DNA of 64,000 nt from a virus. This document shows, piece after piece, positions 50,226-59,756 of the stretch. Numbering within the stretch: the first letter of the stretch is position 1; each line of letters begins with the position of its first letter. The stretch covers positions 1 to 64,000 of IMG/VR virus record IMGVR_UViG_3300022927_001391. One strand, given 5' to 3'. Position numbers and translations under genes: made by a program. The notes beneath the pieces are model-generated. The model was not told the origin of the DNA. It saw only the letters and a list, made by a program, of their open reading frames with translations, and made no database searches.

Positions 50226-50587
50226 TGATTGAACTCTTAATAGCACTGCTAGTTAAGCACTGGCTCAGCGACTTCTGTTTACAAACTCCGTGGATGATCC
50301 AGGCAAAAAGTAAACCATTTGGTCTAGGTGGACTGATCCATGCAGCTATACACGGTGTCTTTACATTTGTTATTTGTTATTATTTTATTGGTTGGCCTTT
50401 TGCTCTATTTGTTGGATTAGCTGATTTCGCCGTACACTACACTATTGATTATTGTAAAGAACTAGTATCGCGTGTTATGAAACTGACACCAGCACATCAG
50501 CAGTATTGGATATTGTTTGGTTTTGATCAACTATTACATATGTTAACATATGTTGCTATTTGGAGTTATGCACGTGGCATTATTTGA
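50225..50587 (+). CDS. DUF3307-like membrane protein
   Basis: H..SDF.LQ, H...H, H..ID, DQLLH. Confidence 0.7.
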   Translation: MIELLIALLVKHWLSDFCLQTPWMIQAKSKPFGLGGLIHAAIHGVFTFVICYYFIGWPFALFVGLADFAVHYTIDYCKELVSRVMKLTPAHQQYWILFGFDQLLHMLTYVAIWSYARGII

Positions 50588-51149
50588 AACACACAAAGAC
50601 TGGATCTCAGAGGATGAACATGGCATGTTACAAGCATTGGTGTTGTATGCTCCACGCTGGCGTTTTGGTCAGGTAAGCGACAATACAATCCAACCAAACT
50701 ATCCCATGTGGTTCCAAAACTTTTGGGATATTAGAACATTTGAGTTCAAACCAGATCAAGAGATAGTGACCAATCTGTTACGTTCACTAAAAGATAGATT
50801 TTTAGAGTTATGCCCGGGCAATTATAAACTTGTTAGGTTTATGGCCAGTAGTAATACGTTTGGCATTGATGGTGATATCCATACAGACTGGCCACATCCT
50901 GATGTAAGTATTACAGGTGTACTTTATACAGACAAGGTATGGGAACAGAACTGGGGCGGGGAAACGGCCTTTTATAAGGATGGTGTCGTAGAAGCTAGCG
51001 AATATGAACCCAGAAAGCTTATTACATTTGATAGTAGTATTGCCCATGTAGGCAAAGGGCCGCAGCGACGTTGTAAGGAAATGAGAACAATTATAGCGTT
51101 TCAAGCAGTTAGCGAAGATGCTCTAAATGCTAAAATGAGAAAGAATTAA
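50574..51149 (+). CDS. 2OG-Fe(II) oxygenase (prolyl-hydroxylase-like)
   Basis: HTD, WGGET, FDSSIAH, R. Confidence 0.8.
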   Translation: MALFETHKDWISEDEHGMLQALVLYAPRWRFGQVSDNTIQPNYPMWFQNFWDIRTFEFKPDQEIVTNLLRSLKDRFLELCPGNYKLVRFMASSNTFGIDGDIHTDWPHPDVSITGVLYTDKVWEQNWGGETAFYKDGVVEASEYEPRKLITFDSSIAHVGKGPQRRCKEMRTIIAFQAVSEDALNAKMRKN

Positions 51150-51970
51150 TGATCATAACTGGCGATGGTGGATTAGATAACTGGTATAATGTCACTGTAA
51201 ATACGTCATTGAACACATTTGAGGTTAATTTTAATCACAAGTCTCCGGCTCGACAACTGAATTTTTTTGAAGCTGCTGATTACACTGCAAGAACAATAGC
51301 TGAAAAATACAAAGATATCTTCCTAGGACTTAGTGGAGGCATGGATAGTCAATTTGTTGCTGAAACTTTGTATAAAAATAATATTAACTTTACACCATTA
51401 ATAGGAATAAACCCTACTAATAATGATCATGAATTTGCTATAGATTGGTGTAATGCGCGGAATATAAAATCTATCATTCTTGACTTAGAATTTTATTCAC
51501 AAGATATTTTAAAAATTTATACGACCTTTTTAAAAAAAGTTCCGTTTGTTAATATAGGAAATTGCATAGATCTTTTTTTAAGTAGTATTGCAAAAAAACA
51601 TTCTGGTCATTTAATAGTCGGTGGTCCTACACTTCCTTTAACACCTTATCACCCAAAGCAAGCTAGTAAAGAACCCATTTATTCTGTAGAGATAAGTGAA
51701 TTTGCTCTTGAGTTGACCAATCAACTAATTGGTGGATTCTTCTTCTTTACTCCCGAAATTCTACTATCACAGGCAATCAATCTAGATATTACAAAGACGG
51801 ATGATTACTCTCGAGCTGCTTTATATAATTTTCCTGTCAGACATAAGACACTAGAATATAGATTATTTCCAGATTCTATTCATCTTAAACTAGTACATAT
51901 AACTAAAAATAGAAAAATCAATAACCAAGATTGGTCAAAAACTAATCTCATTAACTTACTTCAGAATTAA
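51149..51970 (+). CDS. PP-loop (adenine-nucleotide alpha-hydrolase-like) protein
   Basis: LGLSGGMDS; very AT-rich. Confidence 0.55.
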   Translation: MIITGDGGLDNWYNVTVNTSLNTFEVNFNHKSPARQLNFFEAADYTARTIAEKYKDIFLGLSGGMDSQFVAETLYKNNINFTPLIGINPTNNDHEFAIDWCNARNIKSIILDLEFYSQDILKIYTTFLKKVPFVNIGNCIDLFLSSIAKKHSGHLIVGGPTLPLTPYHPKQASKEPIYSVEISEFALELTNQLIGGFFFFTPEILLSQAINLDITKTDDYSRAALYNFPVRHKTLEYRLFPDSIHLKLVHITKNRKINNQDWSKTNLINLLQN

Positions 51971-51971
51971 A

Positions 51972-52000
51972 TTGACTCTCAATCATAAATATCTTACAAT
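51972..52000 (+). promoter_or_regulatory. Sigma70-type promoter TTGACT-N17-TACAAT
   Basis: Places +1 about 5 nt before the riboswitch candidate. Confidence 0.7.
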
Positions 52001-52011
52001 GTAATTACATT

Positions 52012-52069
52012 AGAGGACTAAGGTGTTCGACCCTCTTTAAATATTCCGCACACTCCATAACCAAGGAGT
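52012..52069 (+). ncRNA. Candidate preQ1-I-like riboswitch with anti-SD hairpin
   Basis: P1 AGAGG/CCUCU, loop ending AC, A/U-rich linker, possible loop-tail pairing GGUGU/ACACU, ACUCC/GGAGU hairpin over the RBS. Confidence 0.55.
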
Positions 52070-52075
52070 ATAAAC

Positions 52076-52549
52076 ATGGCAAAATATATTAGTACAAAAA
52101 CATACAGGCATTTAGGTCCAGTAGCATACAGACAGTGGAGAGCAGATTCACACTGCAATCTTATCCACGGATACGCATTAAGTTTCCATTTTGAATTTGA
52201 AACTGATGACCTAGATGCTCGTAACTGGGTAGTAGACTTTGGTGGATTACGTCCACTAAAGGATAGCTTAGAAGATTGGTTTGATCACACTCTGCTAGTA
52301 GCACAGGATGATCCAGACCGCGACACGCTACTAGAACTAGGCAAGAAAGGCCTAGCAAAGATTACAGAAGTTGAAAAGACTGGATGTGAAGGTCTGTCAG
52401 ACTTTTTGTATGAATACGTAAACACAATATTTTTACCTAGTTGGGAACCTGGCACTAGGGTATGGTGCTGTAAGGTTGAGGTAAGAGAAACTGACTCAAA
52501 TATGGCTATGCGAGTTGGTCACAGAGAAGATGGAGAATTCGATGTTTAA
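52076..52549 (+). CDS. queD: 6-carboxy-5,6,7,8-tetrahydropterin synthase
   Basis: HCNLIHGY, VVDFG, FDH, GCE, VRET. Confidence 0.9.
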   Translation: MAKYISTKTYRHLGPVAYRQWRADSHCNLIHGYALSFHFEFETDDLDARNWVVDFGGLRPLKDSLEDWFDHTLLVAQDDPDRDTLLELGKKGLAKITEVEKTGCEGLSDFLYEYVNTIFLPSWEPGTRVWCCKVEVRETDSNMAMRVGHREDGEFDV

Positions 52550-52730
52550 ATGCATTATGAAATGGCTAGGAGTTGGAGACACACCTGCTGTTATTACAGA
52601 AGCTGAGCTTAACAAGATGACAAAGAAGCAAGTTGATGACTGGGCAGCAGATCATGGTATCAACCTCGATCGTCGTCTTACAAAGGCTAAGATGATTGAT
52701 GAACTAAAAAAACACGTAACTGTAGACTAA
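52542..52730 (+). CDS. Small HeH/SAP/Rho-N-like protein
   Basis: LNKMTKKQV..WA..HGI.L..RLTKAKMI. Confidence 0.55.
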   Translation: MFKCIMKWLGVGDTPAVITEAELNKMTKKQVDDWAADHGINLDRRLTKAKMIDELKKHVTVD

Positions 52731-52739
52731 GAGGCGTCA

Positions 52740-53603
52740 ATGAAAGTAAGATATACTGAAGCGTTTTATTCAGTTCAAGGAGAAGGTCGCTGGACAGGTG
52801 TGCCCAGTGTATTCCTTCGTATGTATGGTTGTAACTTTACTTGTCCTAAGTTTGGTATTGCTAGGAACAGTAACGAAACAGCAGAGCCTCAGATCCAAAA
52901 GATTGTAGATGAGATTGATAACTATGATACACTTGAGGATCTCCCACTTGTGACTGTAGGGTGCGATAGCTATGCTGCTTGGCACCCTGCATTCAAACGT
53001 TTTCAACATGATGTAGACATTGATCAGCTGGTTGATGATCTACTTGCACTTACACCAACAGGTGCATGGTCATTGGATAATGGTCAGGATATCCATTTGG
53101 TAATCACAGGCGGTGAGCCTCTATTAGGTTGGCAACGAGCATATATACAGTTGCTAGAACATCCACGCATGAAGGACTTGAAGAATGTCACGTTCGAAAC
53201 TAATACTACACAATCTCTGTCAGAGGATTTCAAAACGTACCTCACAGATAATCAACAGGTACACATTACATTCTCTTGCTCCCCTAAACTATCGGTTAGT
53301 GGACATACTTGGGTTGATGCTATCAAGCCTGATGTTGCTGTTAAGTACGCTAGTGTTCCTAACAGCCACTTGTATCTTAAGTTCGTTGTTTCTGATGATG
53401 TTGACGTGGCAGAAGTTGATAGAGCTGTTGCAGAATATAGATCTGCGGGACTTGAAGCGCCGGTTTACCTCATGCCTGTTGGCGGTACGACAGACAGTTA
53501 CTTCAAAAACGGTCGTCAAGTCGCAGAGCTCGCCCTCGAAAAAGGCTACAGATATAGCCCACGCCTCCACGTCGACGTCTTCGGTAACGCCTGGGGAACC
53601 TAA
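52740..53603 (+). CDS. queE: 7-carboxy-7-deazaguanine synthase (radical SAM)
   Basis: FYSVQGEG, FLRMYGCNFTC...CDS, ITGGEP, ETN, SPK, RLH. Confidence 0.92.
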   Translation: MKVRYTEAFYSVQGEGRWTGVPSVFLRMYGCNFTCPKFGIARNSNETAEPQIQKIVDEIDNYDTLEDLPLVTVGCDSYAAWHPAFKRFQHDVDIDQLVDDLLALTPTGAWSLDNGQDIHLVITGGEPLLGWQRAYIQLLEHPRMKDLKNVTFETNTTQSLSEDFKTYLTDNQQVHITFSCSPKLSVSGHTWVDAIKPDVAVKYASVPNSHLYLKFVVSDDVDVAEVDRAVAEYRSAGLEAPVYLMPVGGTTDSYFKNGRQVAELALEKGYRYSPRLHVDVFGNAWGT

Positions 53604-53636
53604 CTTAGAAAATAAGTTACGTAAAGCTGGTGCAAT

Positions 53637-54194
53637 ATGAGAACAGTTTGGGTAAGACACGGACAAAGCGAATATAATGCTAAAAATTTAGCAACGGGTT
53701 GGCACGATCCTGATCTTACCCAACTTGGGGTAGAACAGGCATTTGAAACAGCTAGAATTTTAGCTCAAAGATACACAATGATCGCTAGTATACATACTAG
53801 CGATCTTCGTAGAGCAGTACAGACAGCTAGTATAATTTTACAAAGCTCGCCATGGTTTGTTGAGACAGAAATAGATAGTAGATTGCGTGAACGTGACTAT
53901 GGTGATTGGAGCGGTAAAAACAAGGATGAAAACCGTTTAAGTGTAGGAGATGAAAGATTTTTATCTATACGCCGAGGCTGGGACATTGCTCCCCCTAACG
54001 GTGAGAGTTTGAAAGATACTGCTAGTAGAGTAGCAAATTATTTGGACAATATAGAACAAAGTAATCTTCCGATTATTTTTGTTTGTCACGGAAATACTAT
54101 AAGAGCAGCAAGTGTGATTTTTGGAAAAAATACACCGGAATCTGTTGTAGATTGGGAAATAGAGACTGGAGGTTTCATAGAATGGGAATACTAG
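53637..54194 (+). CDS. Histidine phosphatase / dPGM-like protein
   Basis: RHGQS, SDLRRA..T, LRERDYG, PPNGES, CHGN. Confidence 0.85.
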   Translation: MRTVWVRHGQSEYNAKNLATGWHDPDLTQLGVEQAFETARILAQRYTMIASIHTSDLRRAVQTASIILQSSPWFVETEIDSRLRERDYGDWSGKNKDENRLSVGDERFLSIRRGWDIAPPNGESLKDTASRVANYLDNIEQSNLPIIFVCHGNTIRAASVIFGKNTPESVVDWEIETGGFIEWEY

Positions 54195-54550
54195 ACGACG
54201 CAAAAAGTGCTATGGGTTTGGGTAAAGCCAAACGTGTTGAGGAACCTAAGCCACGCGCACCTAAAAAATCAGAAAAGGAAATTGCTACAGAAAAGGGTGA
54301 GCCCTGGGTTAGTGTCCTTAGTGTAGAAGTTGATCAGGAAAATCCTGGCAATGGTGCTTTTGAATTAGACTGGAACCAACCTTTTATTAAATTGCTTTGG
54401 AAAAAAGGTTACCGTGACGAAAATGAAAACGATATGGTAGATCGCTGGTTTCAGGATGTCTGCAGGCACGTGGTTATGGAAAGCTATGAAAAAGATGAAG
54501 CTATGGTAACTCGTAACGACTTAGGTGATGGCAGAGTAGAGTATAAATGA
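54182..54550 (+). CDS. Hypothetical protein
   Basis: ATG 54182 after GGAGG. Confidence 0.6.
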   Translation: MGILDDAKSAMGLGKAKRVEEPKPRAPKKSEKEIATEKGEPWVSVLSVEVDQENPGNGAFELDWNQPFIKLLWKKGYRDENENDMVDRWFQDVCRHVVMESYEKDEAMVTRNDLGDGRVEYK

Positions 54551-54663
54551 TACGAGCAGTTCCTGCTGAATATGCAAACCACTATTTAAATGGTAGCTGG
54601 GTTTTTAATTCTCTTATCACATTTTTAATACATAATGCCCTGCTATAAAAGAAGTAAATTATA

Positions 54664-55437
54664 ATGCTTGTCTATGTTAATGGAGATAGTCATAGTGCAG
54701 GAGCAGAGCTAGTAGAAGATTTCTGCTTTGCCATGGACGACAGAAGATACATTCATCTAGGTCGCACACCACACCCTGAAGCTATACCCTATACCTTTGG
54801 ATATTTTCTCAGCCAGAGTTTAAATGCTGGTTACTTCTTAGATGCAGAAAGTGCAGGTAGTAACCAGAGAATACTAAGAACTACAACTACATTCTTAGAA
54901 GAAAAATATAGTTCTCATACCACCATAATTATTGGCTGGAGTACATGGGAAAGAGAAGAATGGCTACACGAAGATTTATACTATCAGGTTACAGCAAGCG
55001 GTACTGATAGTGTTCCAGCAGAACTTGTAGACAAATATAAACAATGGGTAACAGAGCAAACCCAACAAGAGTTGGCTAAAAAACAAAGGTACTGGCACAA
55101 TAAAATCTATGAATTCCATTTAGATTTACAAAGTAAAAATATCTCACATTTGTTTTTTAATAGTTACAATCACTTTAATATGTCTGATGCAGAAAAGTTT
55201 GATTGGCAAAACTGTTATATAAATCCCTATGAAGACGCAGGCACTTATTTTAACTGGTGTAAGGAACACGGCTTTAAAACAGTCAACAATGGTTTACATT
55301 ATGGAAGAGATGCCCAAATAGCCTGGGGAAAGTATCTGTTGCCCTGGTTGACAAACACCAATCAAAGTAGTATAATACAAGCAGTAAAGGTTAATCCCAA
55401 CCAACAAGTAAAATTTGGACCTACGAGGACTGGATGA
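54664..55437 (+). CDS. SGNH-hydrolase-like protein
   Basis: NGDSHSAG, GSN.RI, IIGWS..R, C-terminal H. Confidence 0.65.
   Translation: MLVYVNGDSHSAGAELVEDFCFAMDDRRYIHLGRTPHPEAIPYTFGYFLSQSLNAGYFLDAESAGSNQRILRTTTTFLEEKYSSHTTIIIGWSTWEREEWLHEDLYYQVTASGTDSVPAELVDKYKQWVTEQTQQELAKKQRYWHNKIYEFHLDLQSKNISHLFFNSYNHFNMSDAEKFDWQNCYINPYEDAGTYFNWCKEHGFKTVNNGLHYGRDAQIAWGKYLLPWLTNTNQSSIIQAVKVNPNQQVKFGPTRTG
55348..55376 (+). promoter_or_regulatory. Sigma70 promoter TTGACA-N17-TATAAT
   Basis: Perfect consensus upstream of RNase H, inside the previous gene. Confidence 0.65.
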
Positions 55438-56438
55438 CGACTTATCTACTAGTTGATACCGCTAACACATTCTTTCGTGCAAGACACGTTGCCCATCGTG
55501 GCATGGATTCATGGACTAAACTGGGCTTTGCAATTCATGTAACACTTAATGCTGTAAACAAAGCACACAGAATCGCCGGGGCTGATCATGTAATATTTGC
55601 GCTGGAAGGCAGAAGCTGGCGTAAGGACTATTACACACCTTATAAGCGCAACAGGTCAGATGCAAGAGCAGCACTAACAGAAGCAGAGCAGGAAGAAGAT
55701 AAACTGTTCTGGGAGGCATATGATGAACTTACGACATTCCTAAAAGATAGTTCAAATTGCAGCGTCCTTAGATGCGAAATTGCGGAGGCTGACGATATTA
55801 TCGCACGGTTTATTAATATGCACCCTAACGACAACCACGTTATTGTTAGCAGTGATACTGATTTTGTTCAGCTAGTTAGTGATAACGTTCGTCAATACAA
55901 CGGTATTCAAAATCATATGATTACCCTAGAGGGTATCTTTGACGATTATGGCAAGCCTGTTAAGGATAAAAAAACTGGGGAAGCAAAGATTGCTCCAGAT
56001 CCAGAGTGGCTGCTATTTGAAAAATGCATGCGTGGTGATCCTACTGACAATGTATTCAGTGCTTATCCAGGTGTCCGAACCAAAGGCAGTAAAAATAAGG
56101 TAGGACTATTAGAAGCATATGAGGATCGTGCCAATCGCGGTTATAACTGGAATAACATGATGCTACAGCGTTGGGTAGATCATAACGGTGAAGAGCATCG
56201 TGTTCTCGACGACTACGAGCGCAATCGCACACTGGTGGATCTCACAGCACAGCCTGCAGAGATCAAAGAGTATGTTGACGAAACAATCCGTTCGCAGGTT
56301 ACGGACAAGCACATGGGTATGGTTGGTGCTAAGTTCCTAAAGTTCTGCGGTAAGTATGAACTCAATAGGCTAGCTGAAGACGCTACAAAGTTTGCAGAAT
56401 GGTTGAACAAAGGCTATGAATATGAAGTTACAAGCTAA
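55434..56438 (+). CDS. rnh: T4-type RNase H / 5'-3' flap exonuclease
   Basis: LVD, SWRK..Y..YK.NR, EADD, SSDTDF.QL, GDPTDNV. Confidence 0.88.
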   Translation: MTTYLLVDTANTFFRARHVAHRGMDSWTKLGFAIHVTLNAVNKAHRIAGADHVIFALEGRSWRKDYYTPYKRNRSDARAALTEAEQEEDKLFWEAYDELTTFLKDSSNCSVLRCEIAEADDIIARFINMHPNDNHVIVSSDTDFVQLVSDNVRQYNGIQNHMITLEGIFDDYGKPVKDKKTGEAKIAPDPEWLLFEKCMRGDPTDNVFSAYPGVRTKGSKNKVGLLEAYEDRANRGYNWNNMMLQRWVDHNGEEHRVLDDYERNRTLVDLTAQPAEIKEYVDETIRSQVTDKHMGMVGAKFLKFCGKYELNRLAEDATKFAEWLNKGYEYEVTS

Positions 56439-56892
56439 AGCTATTGTAGATAATACCTTCTGGATTATCGAACGCAATGGCGAAAAGGTAGGTACCCTTC
56501 GCCACAGTAATGACTATGTGCTAACAGTAAATAGTAAAAACTTCCGTTATCCGGATTTGAAATCGCTGAGTACTAAGTTGGATATAGACTTTCAAAATAA
56601 TTTAGTGAGGATTGAACCTGCCGGCAAAAAGCAGTTTGATGTACATGGGTATCCATGCAAGACATTACCATTTAATGGTATTTTTGACCTAAAGCGTAAA
56701 CTACCATTGTATACCAAGACTGAAAAAAGCCAATGCTTCTACTGCGCTGGATATTATGCAATCAATTTTGAGAACGGCTGGGTTCCTGCATATTGCCCTA
56801 AACTTATTACTTTGGGTAGAAACGAACATAAGGGACCATACAAAACAAAGTTAGAGATGCAGGAAGTTATTAGAAACCTATCAAATGGCTAA
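56416..56892 (+). CDS. Hypothetical protein
   Basis: ORF in operon. Confidence 0.6.
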   Translation: MNMKLQAKAIVDNTFWIIERNGEKVGTLRHSNDYVLTVNSKNFRYPDLKSLSTKLDIDFQNNLVRIEPAGKKQFDVHGYPCKTLPFNGIFDLKRKLPLYTKTEKSQCFYCAGYYAINFENGWVPAYCPKLITLGRNEHKGPYKTKLEMQEVIRNLSNG

Positions 56893-57100
56893 AATCCCAC
56901 ACTTCGGCAATCTTGAAAAACTAGCAAGCAAATGTGCTTTAATTAAATCAGAAAATCTGATAATTAATAAAACTGAAGCACAACACATTGCAATGGAATA
57001 CCAGAAGCTTATTGGATACATAACTCAGATACAGGATGAGTTATTAGCTGAGCGAGAACGTCAGGCTACTGAGATAGAGATCTTAGGTCCAAATTTTTAA
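56885..57100 (+). CDS. Hypothetical protein
   Basis: Coupled ORF. Confidence 0.55.
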   Translation: MAKIPHFGNLEKLASKCALIKSENLIINKTEAQHIAMEYQKLIGYITQIQDELLAERERQATEIEILGPNF

Positions 57101-57152
57101 TAAACTACTCATATTTCCAGATAAATAATATTGTATTATAATTGGAAAATCC

Positions 57153-57449
57153 ATGAGTAGACCCAAGCCCACAGTTTTATTAGAAAAGGTTGATAAGCAG
57201 ACTTACAAGTCTGATCAGGTCCTTGCTAGCGAAGGAATCTGGAGTGTATTCTATAAAAACCAACCTATTAATCTAAAGAGTAGTAATATGCTTATTAGCT
57301 ATCCTGGTCCTAAATATAAGAAGGTCTCATTCAGCAATCCAGGCCATGCTATAAATCTTGCCAAAAAGCTTAATAAGAATTTCAACTGCTCTGACTTCAC
57401 GGTAGTATTACTGAGCAGTGGTGAGATCATCTACCCAGATGCCCAATAA
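57153..57449 (+). CDS. Hypothetical protein
   Basis: MSRPKPTVLL; GATAAATA upstream. Confidence 0.6.
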   Translation: MSRPKPTVLLEKVDKQTYKSDQVLASEGIWSVFYKNQPINLKSSNMLISYPGPKYKKVSFSNPGHAINLAKKLNKNFNCSDFTVVLLSSGEIIYPDAQ

Positions 57450-57807
57450 ACAAGAATACACACAAGCATTTCTAAAAAACATTGAAACTACTACTGTGCC
57501 CGCCGGTGACGAGCTTGCATTCTTTTGGCTTAATATTAGAGATACTGGAGGGTTAAGGCTAACTGAAAATGGGTATTTTTGTCTAGTAGAAGATATTAAG
57601 TTAGAAAGCTGGGAAATAGACATCCGTGAACAAAAGATAACCCAAAGGTTCCTTTTAGACTTGGATCGTTTTATGAACTGCCCCTACTATGTGCAGCGCG
57701 GCCGGTGGCCCAAAGTTATCCTGTTTAGTGAACAAACCTATTTCTGGCTGGTACTACATAACCAGGATTTTGAAAGGTTCTTAAATGCCAACAAAATATC
57801 GTCTTAG
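57439..57807 (+). CDS. Hypothetical protein
   Basis: ORF overlapping upstream gene; GGLRLT..G. Confidence 0.6.
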   Translation: MPNKQEYTQAFLKNIETTTVPAGDELAFFWLNIRDTGGLRLTENGYFCLVEDIKLESWEIDIREQKITQRFLLDLDRFMNCPYYVQRGRWPKVILFSEQTYFWLVLHNQDFERFLNANKISS

Positions 57808-58099
57808 ACACAATAAGCACCTAGAAAACTGTCAGTGGTTACATCTAATAAGTGTAGATTTCCCTGAAACTCGTCATAGGCCTTATGATTATGATTACTG
57901 GGGATATCGTAACGTAGAAATAATTGACAGTGTAGAAGAACAAAAGGAAACCATCCTGGGCCTACTACACGAAAGTTATGGGCCGCAGGATGGTTTATGG
58001 AATATAAGATGGAGTGACGCAGGTGCAGACATCAGATTTAAAACTGAATCTGATGCTGCTAGTTTCCTGATGCTGTATACCCTTCAGCCTATTAGTTAA
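57785..58099 (+). CDS. Hypothetical protein
   Basis: Last + strand ORF before the convergent gene. Confidence 0.55.
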   Translation: MPTKYRLRHNKHLENCQWLHLISVDFPETRHRPYDYDYWGYRNVEIIDSVEEQKETILGLLHESYGPQDGLWNIRWSDAGADIRFKTESDAASFLMLYTLQPIS

Positions 58100-59384
58100 C
58101 CTTTTTGTCGTAATAAGCCCAGTTACCAAATGCTGGCTTGATGTTATCCGGACCATGGATAATAAACACAGTATCGCAGTAGAATTCGTCACCCCAGGTA
58201 CCACAGGGATAACCATCAGTAAACATCACAAACCGGTTAGGCTGGATGTCGTTGTCCTTCATAAATTTCCAGTTACATTCAAACATCGTACCGCCACCGC
58301 CCTGGGGCTCATATGTCATGATGTCGTCGATGTTGGTAGCGTCAAACTCAGCGTAGTTATAGACTTCGGTATCGAAGCACCAGAGCTTGATCTTGAAGTC
58401 TGTGTACATATCCATGATGGCCTTAATCTCGCTAAAGAAATCACGGGCCTGTTCGTTGCTGATGCTGCCGCTCATATCCACAGCAACCGCAATATCAATG
58501 GTAGTCTCAGGAACCATGCCGGGCAGCAGGAAGTCACTGCCCCAGCTCTTACGGCTACGGCGCATAAAACTGTAGTCGCTTTTGATTGAGCTTTCAATGC
58601 TCATCGCAAGCATGCTGCGCCAGTCCATCTTGGGCTCAGTAAGATCCTTAACAATGCGAGCAACACCTGCAGGAAGGTTACCAGCGCCACCAGCCTGCTT
58701 GGCACTGTTGATTAATGCTTCCTTAATCTCATCACGGATCTTCTTGCGCTCTTCGTCAGAATAAGTGGGCTTACCCGAGCTCTTGAGGTTACCGTTCTCG
58801 TCCTCACTAATGCCGCCAGAACCGCCCTCGCCATCATCGCCTTCAAGATGCTCGTCCAGCAGCATATCAATATACTGCTCTAGATCAATCTTTTCAGCGT
58901 TGTCATAGAGATCGTCGTAAATCTCCTCCATGCTCATATTGTAGTACTTACGGTCATGTAGAGCAGGCACTGTAGTAATAAGCTCACCAATGCGGCTCTG
59001 CACCAGATCTCCGTTTACAGCAAAGTCAGCAGCAATGTTCGCAATCTGAGCGTCATGTTTGTTGAGCTTGCTACGGCCCAGATGCTCGTAGACATTGTGA
59101 AGTACCTCATGCCCAAACAGGAACTCTACTTCCTTGCTCTTGAGCATGTTGATGAACTTGCTATTATAATAGAAGTGGCGACCGTCAGTAGCTGCTGTGG
59201 GCAACCACTGATCTGCATTCACAAGCGGCAACCGAGTTGCCATATTACCAAACCATGCTGCCTTGAGAAGCAGGCTAACGCGAGCAGTAGTGAGCTTCTC
59301 GCGAGCATCTAGATCTTCCTGACGAACTGTCTCGAACCCCACAGGGAGGTTTACGTGCTTCTTGTTTGCTGTAGTCGTGGTCAT
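58092..59384 (-). CDS. Metallopeptidase (HExxH) + VWA domain protein (DUF2201-like)
   Basis: TAATDG, HEVLH, MIDAS DMSGS, GGGGT, FTDG. Confidence 0.85.
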   Translation of the reverse strand: MTTTTANKKHVNLPVGFETVRQEDLDAREKLTTARVSLLLKAAWFGNMATRLPLVNADQWLPTAATDGRHFYYNSKFINMLKSKEVEFLFGHEVLHNVYEHLGRSKLNKHDAQIANIAADFAVNGDLVQSRIGELITTVPALHDRKYYNMSMEEIYDDLYDNAEKIDLEQYIDMLLDEHLEGDDGEGGSGGISEDENGNLKSSGKPTYSDEERKKIRDEIKEALINSAKQAGGAGNLPAGVARIVKDLTEPKMDWRSMLAMSIESSIKSDYSFMRRSRKSWGSDFLLPGMVPETTIDIAVAVDMSGSISNEQARDFFSEIKAIMDMYTDFKIKLWCFDTEVYNYAEFDATNIDDIMTYEPQGGGGTMFECNWKFMKDNDIQPNRFVMFTDGYPCGTWGDEFYCDTVFIIHGPDNIKPAFGNWAYYDKKVN

Positions 59385-59403
59385 ATGTATCTCCTATATG
59401 TAT

Positions 59404-59431
59404 ATATTAACATAAGGACAGCGGCTGTCAA
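59404..59431 (-). promoter_or_regulatory. Early promoter TTGACA-N16-TAATAT
   Basis: Upstream of VWA gene. Confidence 0.6.
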
Positions 59432-59435
59432 CCGC

Positions 59436-59726
59436 TTACCCCCCAATTTGCAGAGGGGTAAGCATGTTAGCAGGAACCTTCCAAACAGTGTTGGTATTGC
59501 CTTCGAACACATTCACCCACTTGCGACCAACCTTGCGGACCTTGCCCGTTACAGTTGAGCCAGTGCGGGTGGACTCAAAGCTGACAATATCACCAACCAT
59601 CAGCTTGCGAATGTTCTGCTTAGTGAGCTGCTGACGACGCATCTTAATAGCATGGACGACATCGTCCAGCTGGCGGTCTGTCATCTGCTGAATATCTGCT
59701 ACGACACTGTCTACTACGTGGATCAT
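59436..59726 (-). CDS. Small early protein (SH3/KOW-like barrel)
   Basis: LMVGDIVSF...GKVRKVGRK..V...WKVPANML. Confidence 0.65.
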   Translation of the reverse strand: MIHVVDSVVADIQQMTDRQLDDVVHAIKMRRQQLTKQNIRKLMVGDIVSFESTRTGSTVTGKVRKVGRKWVNVFEGNTNTVWKVPANMLTPLQIGG

Positions 59727-59756
59727 CTCTTGCTCCTCAATTTCAACTTATAATGT

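Noticed and set aside
51149-51970. Calling this gene queC
   Set aside because: Only the PP-loop matches; the QueC Zn-binding Cys cluster and other motifs are missing
58155-59558. Plus-strand ORFs opposite the VWA gene, and other antisense ORFs such as 171..395, 3187..3639, 30718..31335 and 61325..61783
   Set aside because: Shadow frames of well-supported genes on the other strand, with no recognisable motifs
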